From Opitutales bacterium (GTDB lineage Bacteria; Verrucomicrobiota; Verrucomicrobiia; Opitutales; UBA2995), in contig CBDCML010000003.1 of NCBI GenBank assembly GCA_965218995.1, positions 1,050,523 to 1,114,522 of the forward strand: a stretch of DNA of 64,000 nucleotides, in the 5' to 3' direction. Shown in pieces: positions 36,582 through 45,124 of the stretch (its first letter is position 1; each line of letters begins with the position of its first letter). The translations under genes and the position numbers were made by a program. The notes beneath the pieces are model-generated. The model saw only the letters and a list, made by a program, of their open reading frames with translations. It was not told the DNA's origin and did no database searches.

Positions 36582-38192
36582 CTACGACACTTCCGCATCA
36601 TCATCTTCCGCTCCTCCCCGTTCGTGAGAGAGGCGAATCAATTCAGCAAGATTTGACTTTGGTTTGAGGTTTGGCATGTTGGCGTCGGTTTCCCATTTCA
36701 GCCCTGTTTCTTCGGCCTTATCCAATGCTTCATGAAGGAGTTTCACCGCCTGAGAGAAGTCGAGGCGGAACTTGTCCTCGTCCCAAGTTTCTCTTCCCTG
36801 GACGACAAACTCAAAGGGCGGGGATTCAACCGCCCGCAATTCGCAACGGGAACGCAGGAAGTAATCGTGGTTCCTCTGCGAGGTAATAGCAACCAAGCCG
36901 AGAGCCGCCAAAACCGTCCGCGCAGCAATATCCCGCTCCTTTTGACTGATCGCCTTCCACTCGCTTCCTTCGTTCAACGGGAAGCGCAAGCGACGAAGGG
37001 CGGAAAGTGAAAGCACGGTGGTTTGCAGGGCGTACTTCATGGTGACACCGCCACCAGCCTGCATCAGACGCTTTTGGGCCTCGGGAGGAAGATTTTTTCT
37101 CTCACGGTTATTCTCGTCCTTGTTCTTCCCAATCGTTGGAACGATTTGTCCAAATAGCAATTCGGAGGGTTTGCCTTTATCGCCCCATTTGACAGGTTCG
37201 CCCTTTTCGTTTCTCGCTGCTTGATCCGCATCTGGTGTCCATTCTAAGCCGATAGCTCGATAAACAGGGAGTTCTTTCTTCTGTTTCTTTTCGACCTTCG
37301 ACACCTTTTTTGCCTCTTCTTTACTTTGCGTCCATTCCAAGTCCTCACAACTTTTTCGATACCAAACTTTACCCTCGGCGTCGTGCACAGCCTCTTTTTT
37401 TGTGGTAGTTGTGCTTTTGGAAGACGGTAAACGGTAGATTGTCTGACCGGTGATTCCAACCACATCGTCCTTACCTCCAACCCGGACACCCGGAATCGAT
37501 TCGTAGCCGACGATTTCCGATACGATTGCACGAGCAAACTTTAGCTTTCTCGCACTTCCTCTGATTTTTTCCGGAATCTTGTCGTCGGCCGAGTTCCAGC
37601 AACCGAAAACAATAGACGTTGGGCACCATTGGTAAAGCGGCGTGGCATTGGCAAGGGACGCTTTTGCCAAATCTTGGCCGACAGGAGTGTCCTTGAAGAT
37701 TGTTTCGGAACTATCATTACTGTCTGGAACGACGCTGTCACGAAAGATCGCGTCAAAAACTCGATGAGGGGCGTCAAGCACTGTGACTGGTTCGGTTACG
37801 AATTCCGCGGCGGATGTTCCTCCAAAGTCGACTTTCAAAAGTGGAATTTCGAGAGGCCGCGATTCGCCGTCGGGCGTTTCGCCCAGAACGTATTTCAAGG
37901 TTTCCTCCATCAAATTTGCTTGGCCCGCCACGGAGTGCAGCAGAACTGCATTGACGGGCTCTCCCTCCACGCTGGAATCGTTCTTGGATGAGACCGCCGA
38001 GTAACGCTTCTCAAAAGCATACTCGCCACCCGAGTAAGTGGGTGGGAAAACCTTGTCTTGGGGATGGCCTACAGGTTCAAGTCGGGTAACGATACGAATT
38101 GCAGCGGCGGAGCCACCGACTGCCCTTTTTAGCCTGTCGAATTTAAGTGAACTCTTTTCTTCATTTGGTTTGGTCATGGGAACGTTTGGCAT
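36582..38192 (-). CDS. csb1: type I-G (I-U) Csb1/Cas7u RAMP backbone protein, with Lys-rich insertion
   Basis: RLEPVGHPQDKVFPPTYSGGEYAFEKR...VNAVLLHSVAGQANLMEE resembles the Csb1 N-terminal signature. It is the first gene of the csb1-csb2-cas3 operon. Confidence 0.7.
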   Translation of the reverse strand: MPNVPMTKPNEEKSSLKFDRLKRAVGGSAAAIRIVTRLEPVGHPQDKVFPPTYSGGEYAFEKRYSAVSSKNDSSVEGEPVNAVLLHSVAGQANLMEETLKYVLGETPDGESRPLEIPLLKVDFGGTSAAEFVTEPVTVLDAPHRVFDAIFRDSVVPDSNDSSETIFKDTPVGQDLAKASLANATPLYQWCPTSIVFGCWNSADDKIPEKIRGSARKLKFARAIVSEIVGYESIPGVRVGGKDDVVGITGQTIYRLPSSKSTTTTKKEAVHDAEGKVWYRKSCEDLEWTQSKEEAKKVSKVEKKQKKELPVYRAIGLEWTPDADQAARNEKGEPVKWGDKGKPSELLFGQIVPTIGKNKDENNRERKNLPPEAQKRLMQAGGGVTMKYALQTTVLSLSALRRLRFPLNEGSEWKAISQKERDIAARTVLAALGLVAITSQRNHDYFLRSRCELRAVESPPFEFVVQGRETWDEDKFRLDFSQAVKLLHEALDKAEETGLKWETDANMPNLKPKSNLAELIRLSHERGGAEDDDAEVS

Positions 38193-38294
38193 TGAGTTGA
38201 GCTGTGGTAGTTACGACCAAGTCTGGCAGGTTGCCTTTTCCGGGCCGTTTAAGATAGGAACATGTATTTTAGTGGCGCAACCGCCGTGGTGGGA

Positions 38295-38735
38295 GCCGGC
38301 CTAATCCAAGAAGGGTCGAGATACCCATGGAATGTCACATTTTTCAAAACCACTGAAGCGATGGTCATTCTCCCTATAACGACTCATCACTGGCATTTTA
38401 CTAAACCTTCATGGAAATATTCTGAAAAAAGTTGCTCGATAAGAACTCTCCGGCAGGAAATCCGGAAATTAATCCACAAGGCCGAATGTCTCACTACGGA
38501 ACGAATAAAGCATGGCGCCAGTCGGGGTCATGCCGTAGAAAAGTGATGCCTTCCGAGCCTTCGGCGAAGGGGTCAATTCTTAAATCCTGCATTGGCATGC
38601 ACGATTACAAGAAATGATCCCGACGGGGCGGTATTCCGTTGTACTCCATACACTTTTACAAGACGATCCGCCTTTCGGCGTGACCTGCTGACCCTGTAAG
38701 GCATAACTTTTTACTTCTTGACCCCCTTCCTTCTC
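38295..38735 (+). repeat. long direct repeat copy 1 (~215-bp unique part plus family-A modules, A2)
   Basis: 38295-38550 is about 95% identical by eye to 45125-45380. The alignment continues through the family-A modules. It lies just 5' of the I-G operon, which is on the minus strand. Confidence 0.85.
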
Positions 38736-38856
38736 CGGGAGGTGGCAAAAGGGGTCGGGTAGTATGAAAGGGAAGGACTTGAGGGGGACCTCGTTGAAGC
38801 TAGACGCAGGTGAAGGGTTTCCACAAACCGGTATTGCCATGTAGATCGTTGGTGAC

Positions 38857-39470
38857 TTGATTTCCGCGCTCATGGACCTAGCCAAACCCTTTCAGTTGCT
38901 GCGCGCCGGCGTCCTGGCCGCCGCGCTCTTTAACTCAGCCTGCCTCGCAACGGCATCGGAACAGCCCGCCGCCGTCCGGTTGCCTGCACCCCCGCTGGGG
39001 AGCCTCTCCGTGCCGCCTTCTACGCGTTCTTCGAGCCAGTGAGCTACAGCGCCGACGACCACCCCGCCTCGCCGGGGTTCCACACGCACCTCGGGTACGA
39101 GGCGGACCTGCTCACCGCGCTCGAGGCGATGGAAGGGGCGCGGTTGTCCTTCGTACGCATTCCCGTTGCCCAATGGCCCAACATTTGGCTACTCCCCTCC
39201 AGGCCGGATGTCGACATGGTGGGTGGCGGCATCACCATCCTGGAGTCCCGAACCAGGAACGACCTGGGCGAGTCTGCCGTGGCCTTCACCTCCGGCCACA
39301 TTGCCTTCCGCCAATCGCTGCTGGTGCGTGCGGGCGAGGCCGAGCGGTACTCGTCCTACGGCGGGCTGACCCGGGATGTGCGGGTGGGAGTTTTGCGCGC
39401 TACGACCGGAGAGGTCCGCCTGCTCCAAATCACGGGGCTGGCCGACGCCGCCGGGGTGCTCCATTTCCCA
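38857..39470 (+). pseudogene. family-3 periplasmic solute-binding protein fragment (frameshifted, 3'-truncated, high GC)
   Basis: A signal-peptide-like LLRAGVLAAALFNSACLA lies in one frame. ...LRAAFYAFFEPVSYSADD...GYEADLLTALEAMEG...[13 protein letters not shown]... lies in another. The segment is visibly more GC-rich than its surroundings. Confidence 0.55.
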
Positions 39471-39695
39471 CTTCCAGGACGGATCGTTGACGAGCTGCGA
39501 GAAGATAACGGCCCGCGCCGCTGCTAAAGGTCGTCTTGCCCACCAGAGATGTAATCCACGAGGGTGTGGGCCTATACCTGGGATTTTTTCATATGCCGAG
39601 GCCACGTTAATTGCGTTCAGCGGAAGCGCGACTTCGATGAGTTTCTTGGGAGATTTTATGGAAAAAGACATTATAAATTTTGGATTATTAAACAA
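39465..39695 (-). pseudogene. DUF1156-type DNA methyltransferase, N-terminal ~75 codons only
   Basis: [57 protein letters not shown]. The rest of ORF 39189-39695 is antisense to the SBP fragment. Confidence 0.7.
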
Positions 39696-40263
39696 CGTCA
39701 GCGATCCGGTCTTTGAGTTCTTGTAACTCGGGGCACAACTGGTAGAGCCTCTGCATGTTGGACAGGCTCTCTCGGATCATGATGTCGCGACCGCCACCTG
39801 CTCGCCGAGGATCGCCGTGCTTGCTCAGCAGCGGCTCAAAGTGATCTTCCTTCATTCGCATCGAAGTTCTCACTTCTTGCCAGGGCTGTTGGATCTCAGA
39901 CCGATAGGCAACACACGGGTAGATCTCGACTTCGGGTTGTGCAGGGCAGCAAAGAAGATTCACGGATCGTTCCGCCAACGTCATCTCCAATCTCTTCATC
40001 GCTTCAGGTGTTGCTCTGTCCGCATCGGGGATAAACAACCAAAGATCCCAATACCCATAGCGAACCGGCAACTCCTCCCGAATGGCTCTCACTGCCTGAT
40101 CGTAGCCTTCCAGTCTCGGATTTGTCAAAACGGTCGCCTTTGCATTGGGTTTGCCTGCGTCTGCCAGGAGCTTCTCCACTAGCGGCTTGAGGATGTAGCT
40201 GTTGTGCGTGGGATCCTCAGGTATTACGAGAACCTTAAAGCTCATATTGCCGCCTCCATCCAT
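39688..40263 (-). CDS. small TOPRIM-like protein (DUF4276/DUF4435-like partner of the upstream ATPase)
   Basis: 191 aa with FKVLVIPED (acidic beta1) and [11 protein letters not shown] (DxD). Its start overlaps the ATPase gene end by 22 bp. Confidence 0.45.
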   Translation of the reverse strand: MDGGGNMSFKVLVIPEDPTHNSYILKPLVEKLLADAGKPNAKATVLTNPRLEGYDQAVRAIREELPVRYGYWDLWLFIPDADRATPEAMKRLEMTLAERSVNLLCCPAQPEVEIYPCVAYRSEIQQPWQEVRTSMRMKEDHFEPLLSKHGDPRRAGGGRDIMIRESLSNMQRLYQLCPELQELKDRIADVV

Positions 40264-41438
40264 CCTTCCGCAAATAGATCACCAATAGGCTGCTTGGCTA
40301 CGATGTCTTCGAAATGGGGAATATCCGTAAGAGGACAGATGCGCGATTCACCGCTTTCTTCGTCGCGTTTGCAGAAGTATGTGTGCGCATACTCACCCGC
40401 ATTCAACCATGCCAAAACTATAGGTGAATGGGTGGTGACGAAAACCTGTGTCCCAGTGATCAAGGCCTGCTTGCGCAGAAGCTCAACGAGAAGTCGGAGG
40501 CGGCTGGCATGGATGCCATTTTCGATCTCCTCAATCGTCATTATCGCGGGCATGTCAGGCTGGAAAAGGGCGGCTGCAATAGCAGCGAAGCGAAGTGTGC
40601 CATCGCTCAGTACCGGAGCCGGGAACTCCTTGGTTCCTTCCTCTAAACAAAAGAGAGGTTCTCCAACAGCCCCCTTGAGTATCTTGATGTCATTGACCTC
40701 TTGGGGCCTTAGGTGACGTAACCAAGTGAGGTAGGCGCCCTTCGTTTTCGGGTCATCAATCAGGTTCTGAATGAGGCCAGCGAAATTTTCTCCGTGTTCG
40801 CCCATTCTTTCTATGCTATGAGCCTTTGAATATTCGCGTAGAAGAGCTGGCCATGGGTCGAGCCGCTGCATATTCGCCAGCCCCAATAGAAAATCTGATG
40901 CCTCTTCACGTTCACCCTTCCTTCCCTTCTTTCCCTCCGCAAATTGGCTCAAAACGGGTTTTCCAGGCTCGAATTCAAAATGAGGCGGGCGCTTGGATCT
41001 TCTAGCCTTTCCGTAATAGGCCACCTTAAAGATTGGGCGATCTGGGTCATTGGTCGCACGGCTAGAATCGTATAGTCTTCCAAATTTCTCGAAAGCAACC
41101 CGTAGCTTGTTTGGGTTGAATGCAAACTGCCAACCTTCCGGAGTCGTTCCCGATTGAACAACTTCTATTCTGGTCCAATCACTCAGACCATCGAGAAATG
41201 GCAGCTTCCCACTTCCCCCACGAATCGGTTCCCAAACTTCGGCCGTCGCGCTTCGAGGCTTACCATCGATGATTTCTGAGAGTGTAAAGCCATTCCCAAC
41301 TCCCTGAAGAAATCTGAAGACATCGAAGAGGTTAGATTTCCCACTCGCGTTCGAGCCAATTATAAAATTAAGGCTTCCAAATCTTAAATTGAGATCTTTG
41401 AAACTTTTGAAGTTATGGACTTTCAGGTTTTTGATCAT
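40242..41438 (-). CDS. ABC/SMC-like ATPase (AAA_21/AAA_15-type)
   Basis: IKNLKVHNFKSFKD, Walker A GSNASGKSN, signature LSDGTLRF, Walker B IMTIEEIENGIH and H-loop VTTHSP. An ATGA overlap joins it to the helicase stop. Confidence 0.8.
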   Translation of the reverse strand: MIKNLKVHNFKSFKDLNLRFGSLNFIIGSNASGKSNLFDVFRFLQGVGNGFTLSEIIDGKPRSATAEVWEPIRGGSGKLPFLDGLSDWTRIEVVQSGTTPEGWQFAFNPNKLRVAFEKFGRLYDSSRATNDPDRPIFKVAYYGKARRSKRPPHFEFEPGKPVLSQFAEGKKGRKGEREEASDFLLGLANMQRLDPWPALLREYSKAHSIERMGEHGENFAGLIQNLIDDPKTKGAYLTWLRHLRPQEVNDIKILKGAVGEPLFCLEEGTKEFPAPVLSDGTLRFAAIAAALFQPDMPAIMTIEEIENGIHASRLRLLVELLRKQALITGTQVFVTTHSPIVLAWLNAGEYAHTYFCKRDEESGESRICPLTDIPHFEDIVAKQPIGDLFAEGWMEAAI

Positions 41439-43459
41439 AACGAATTATGTGATTTTTTTAGCAACTCGCCCAGATCGTAATTGATCGAAGCGACGCCGTA
41501 GTCCGGCTCCTGGGTAAACGAGGTGACGTGGCGCATCGCTCTAAGCGATTTCTTCCGGGCCTCAAGCCGGGTCTTCAAATCGTTAATGATTCGGCGTACA
41601 TTTTCCAGATTCAGGCGCACATCCTTGCCTGCGGCTCTGTCGTCGGTCAGCTTGATGAAGCGATCCGACCAGAAGGAAATCTCCTTTTTGAGCCGTTCGT
41701 TCACGGCGCGGAGCGTCTTGTCCACTTGGGCGATCCTTCGTTGGGCGACTTCGTTGTAGTGTTCGGGAACCAAGGTCGTTGCCGCCAATTCAAGCGCCTT
41801 TTGATCGAGCGAGGCATTCAGCAAGTCGGCCGACAACAAGTCTTGAAATAGGGTTTGATCCGTGTCTTCGATAGGCTCCAGATCGAGGTGCGGCGCCCAC
41901 CCGGCAAACTCGGCCTTTCCCTCGCGGTCCACGCGCACGAATTGCAGCCGCTTGGAGAGGACGGCTCCCTCGCCAGAGCGAACCTCGTGGGTCAGGAGAA
42001 AGAGGAGTGAAGGCTCTTCACCCGCATCCGTCGGATCGACGAGGATGGCGCCCTGCCGGAGCAAGTTCGCGTGGCGTTCGAGGATGACATCGCTCGCCGT
42101 TAGCATCAGAGGATGGCCGGGGTGTAGCATGACGGCCATTGGAGCATTCGGCTTGTCGTCGAGCCGGACGGCCTCTTTCGTGAAACAGACCCGTTCGTAG
42201 GCCCTCAGCGCCGGGGTGGAGTCTCGACGGTTGCGGCCTGTAATCTGCCGGTCGCGGTCCCGCAAGACGCCCGGGACATAGGTGATCTCCCACCGGTCCC
42301 GTTCACGCGGGTAGATCAATCCCCCCAAGGTCTCGAAAGCTTTCATGAAGAAGGAGCGGACGAAGAAAGGCTGAAGGCGTCGCGCCTCGGCCTTTCCCAT
42401 CTCCCTCGTGACGTATTGGGTGACGGCCTCATACATCTCCGCCTCAAGGTCGGAGAGTTTGTAGTTGATGGTGTAGGCTCGTCGCTCGGGGAAAAGAGGC
42501 GTCCCGTCGAATTTCACCAGTTCCTCCTTGACCATTCGCCGCATCAGGTCTGACGGGTCGACCTTGTGAACACCGTCTCGGAATTTCCCGTAGAAACGGT
42601 CCGAATCGAGAAGCGACAGGAACAACTGGAAGTCTTCCTCTTTTCGGTTGTGCGGCGTTGCCGTCATCAGCAGGAGGTGGCGAGTGTGACCTCCGACCTT
42701 TTCCCCGAACCGGAAGCGTCCTGTCTTCTTCAGCTCTGAGCCAAAGTAATGGGCCGAGAGTTTGTGCGCTTCATCGAAAACGACCAAGTCCCAAGTGTCC
42801 GAACAGAGCTTTTCCTGAAGCTCTTCGTTTCGCGCCATCTGATCGAGCCTCGCAATGATGCGCTCATGGTTTTCAAATGGATTACCCGATGGTGATGATG
42901 CCTCCAGTTCGCGGGAGTAAACCGGAAACTCCAAACCGAACTTCTCAAACAGTTCGTCGCGCCACTGATCGACCAGTGATCCGGGAGCCACGATCAGAAT
43001 GCGGCGGGCATCGGCACGCATGATGAGTTCCCGAATATAGAGGCCAGCCATGATGGTCTTCCCCGCTCCGGGGTCGTCCGCCAGAACAAAACGCAAGGGC
43101 TGCCGGGGTAATAGAGACTCGTAGACAGCCGTGATCTGATGAGGCAAAGGCTCCACGTTCGAAGTGTGGACCGCCATCATTGGGTCGAAAAGAAAGGCCA
43201 GGTCGATTCGCTTTGCCTCAACGGCAAGCTTGAAGGCTTCACCGTCTCCATCAAACGACCAAGGGCTTTCGGCAGTGGCAACCGCGATGGAATCTTCCCG
43301 CCCTCGATCCATCAAGGTTTCGCGAATAGTTCCGTCCTGAAGCTTATAGATCAGTTGGACAGTGTCGGGACTGATCCTGACCGGAGTAATAACTTGGACT
43401 ATTGCCTCTGACTCGATCCCGGTCAGCGATTGTCCAGCAGTGATTTCCTCAAGTTTCAT
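41435..43459 (-). CDS. SF2 (SNF2-like) helicase of the DUF1156/DUF499-associated type, apparently lacking the second RecA domain
   Basis: PLPHQITAVY, DDPGAGKT (I), VVFDEAH (II) and MTATPH (III). After ...YVTREMGKAEA the sequence jumps to RRLQPFFVRSFFMKAFETLGG... with no motif IV-VI equivalents. Confidence 0.7.
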   Translation of the reverse strand: MKLEEITAGQSLTGIESEAIVQVITPVRISPDTVQLIYKLQDGTIRETLMDRGREDSIAVATAESPWSFDGDGEAFKLAVEAKRIDLAFLFDPMMAVHTSNVEPLPHQITAVYESLLPRQPLRFVLADDPGAGKTIMAGLYIRELIMRADARRILIVAPGSLVDQWRDELFEKFGLEFPVYSRELEASSPSGNPFENHERIIARLDQMARNEELQEKLCSDTWDLVVFDEAHKLSAHYFGSELKKTGRFRFGEKVGGHTRHLLLMTATPHNRKEEDFQLFLSLLDSDRFYGKFRDGVHKVDPSDLMRRMVKEELVKFDGTPLFPERRAYTINYKLSDLEAEMYEAVTQYVTREMGKAEARRLQPFFVRSFFMKAFETLGGLIYPRERDRWEITYVPGVLRDRDRQITGRNRRDSTPALRAYERVCFTKEAVRLDDKPNAPMAVMLHPGHPLMLTASDVILERHANLLRQGAILVDPTDAGEEPSLLFLLTHEVRSGEGAVLSKRLQFVRVDREGKAEFAGWAPHLDLEPIEDTDQTLFQDLLSADLLNASLDQKALELAATTLVPEHYNEVAQRRIAQVDKTLRAVNERLKKEISFWSDRFIKLTDDRAAGKDVRLNLENVRRIINDLKTRLEARKKSLRAMRHVTSFTQEPDYGVASINYDLGELLKKSHNSL

Positions 43460-43522
43460 GAAATAGTGGGAAAAAGAGGAAGGAGAAGGTGGTGATGAAG
43501 GTTTACAAGACGATTGACGACC

Positions 43523-44326
43523 TTAGTGGTTTATTCTCTTACTCCATATCCTCAGGGCTTCCAATTGTTCATGGTTAACAATACCAGGCTGAAGGATGAC
43601 TCTATCGCCAGAAATCGGAACGCGAACCAGAAGGCGTTTCGGTGAAAATACTCCACGGTAATTGAATCCTGCTCCATCTATCGAAAGATGACTGATGTCC
43701 GATCTGAGAATGCGAACTGCGTAGACGACGGGAGGATGTTCTTCCGTGCTACTATAGGATTTGAACTTATCGAGTTCATTTAGGAGATCCTCAGGACATT
43801 CAAGGGCATCGAGAAATTGATCAAATTCATGAAAGGTCTCACCGGAATTTCCGTTTGCCGCATCCCAAGAATCTTCGCTGTCGAACCCAGCAACAAGGGC
43901 TTGTTGCCATAGGGCTGCGCGAATACCCCGAAGGAGTGTCTTTGCAGGCTCCGGGTTTTTGATTACTTCTGCGATCTGACTAATGGCACAACGCATGAGC
44001 CTAATGGTCTCGCCGCCAGGCTCCCGTACGGCATAATGTGCTGCGCGCTCGAATGTCTCTGCGAGGGAAACAGCGCGGATTCCTTCGTCATCCCGACTGA
44101 AACTCAATAATGCTGAAAAGGCATGGGAAACATAGTTCCAGGTCTTCCAATAGGTAATAAAGGACTGCACATCGTCCCAGTAACTTGGGGTTCCATCCCG
44201 ATGTCCGAGTCCGAACGTCTCTATTGAAGCTGAATACGACGCGGAGGTCCCATGATAGAGAATCCAACCATTCTCAAGAAAGGATGCGAGGGGATTACCC
44301 GACAGATCGTCTATAATTTCCTGCAC
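43523..44326 (-). CDS. hypothetical protein with N-terminal YHGT / C-proximal GGETI motifs (possible H-Y-E ADP-ribosyltransferase fold)
   Basis: 267 aa, 63 bp upstream of the helicase on the same strand. No family recognised with confidence. Confidence 0.5.
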   Translation of the reverse strand: MQEIIDDLSGNPLASFLENGWILYHGTSASYSASIETFGLGHRDGTPSYWDDVQSFITYWKTWNYVSHAFSALLSFSRDDEGIRAVSLAETFERAAHYAVREPGGETIRLMRCAISQIAEVIKNPEPAKTLLRGIRAALWQQALVAGFDSEDSWDAANGNSGETFHEFDQFLDALECPEDLLNELDKFKSYSSTEEHPPVVYAVRILRSDISHLSIDGAGFNYRGVFSPKRLLVRVPISGDRVILQPGIVNHEQLEALRIWSKRINH

Positions 44327-44676
44327 AATTCAATCTCCTGTTTTCGGTTTCCGATTCACCATCGGCCCATGGAATGCAAAGGAGCAATGCAGTATACGCC
44401 AGCTTTCGGAGTTTCTTGCTTCAGATGAATTAAATGCGAACACACTAAGAAAATTACGCCTTCCGGATTGAGCTTCAAAACCCTATGTGCTAGGCTTCGA
44501 ACATCAAGAGGGAAAGGGGTTGAAGAGTTTCTGAGATGCTGAGTTACCGGGATCCTGAGTGGAGAGAATAAACCACGGATTACACGGATGGGCACGGATG
44601 TTGGAGTGTTTTGGCCTAAGGGAATTTATGGTTTTTCCTCCCGTTACCTTCCTGGATCAAATGCATCGTCTATGGA

Positions 44677-45075
44677 CTAACCGGGATTCGGCGGGTCAGG
44701 CCACAGCCGAAGTTCAGAGAGCTCCTGCTCCCGCCACTCAACCCTAAGGGACCGCTTGTCGAACCGGAGTAAGGTGTTGCTGACATCTTTCCAAGGGGTG
44801 TCCATCAGATTGGCCTCTTCGCAATAGCGGGCTGTGAGTTTCAAATACCTGCCGAAAACAAGAATCGACGGAAATCGATTCTTCAACAATAGCCACTGGA
44901 CCATATTCTTAGGTCCCTTGGACGAATTGCAGCTCCTGCATGCTATCCCGCTGACCGACCGTGGTGTAAGGCTCCATCTCCGCCTTGTGACGGGTGTCGT
45001 GATGCGCACGCCAATGCTGTCCCAGGGTTGCTAGGGCGATCTTGCCCTCCAGCCAGGCGAATCCTCCGCCCATGC
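44677..45075 (-). pseudogene. HNH endonuclease remnant (multiple frameshifts)
   Basis: Frame c has CRSCNSSKG. Adjacent frames have AHHDT and SQGGDGAL. Joined, these read HHxxPxxxGG...CxxCNxxKG. Confidence 0.35.
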
Positions 45076-45124
45076 GGAAACAGCAAGGCAACAAAATATT
45101 GAAATTAACGCTAAATAAGGACGC

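Noticed and set aside
38262-38546. 94-aa ORF inside the long direct repeat (counterpart 45042-45272) as a conserved small gene
   Set aside because: The two copies differ by non-synonymous changes and have different starts and stops. There is no RBS and no recognisable fold, so it is more likely non-coding.
39189-39695. 168-aa ORF taken as an intact gene
   Set aside because: It is a chimera. Only the first ~75 codons resemble a DUF1156 methylase N-terminus, and the rest is the antisense strand of the high-GC SBP fragment.
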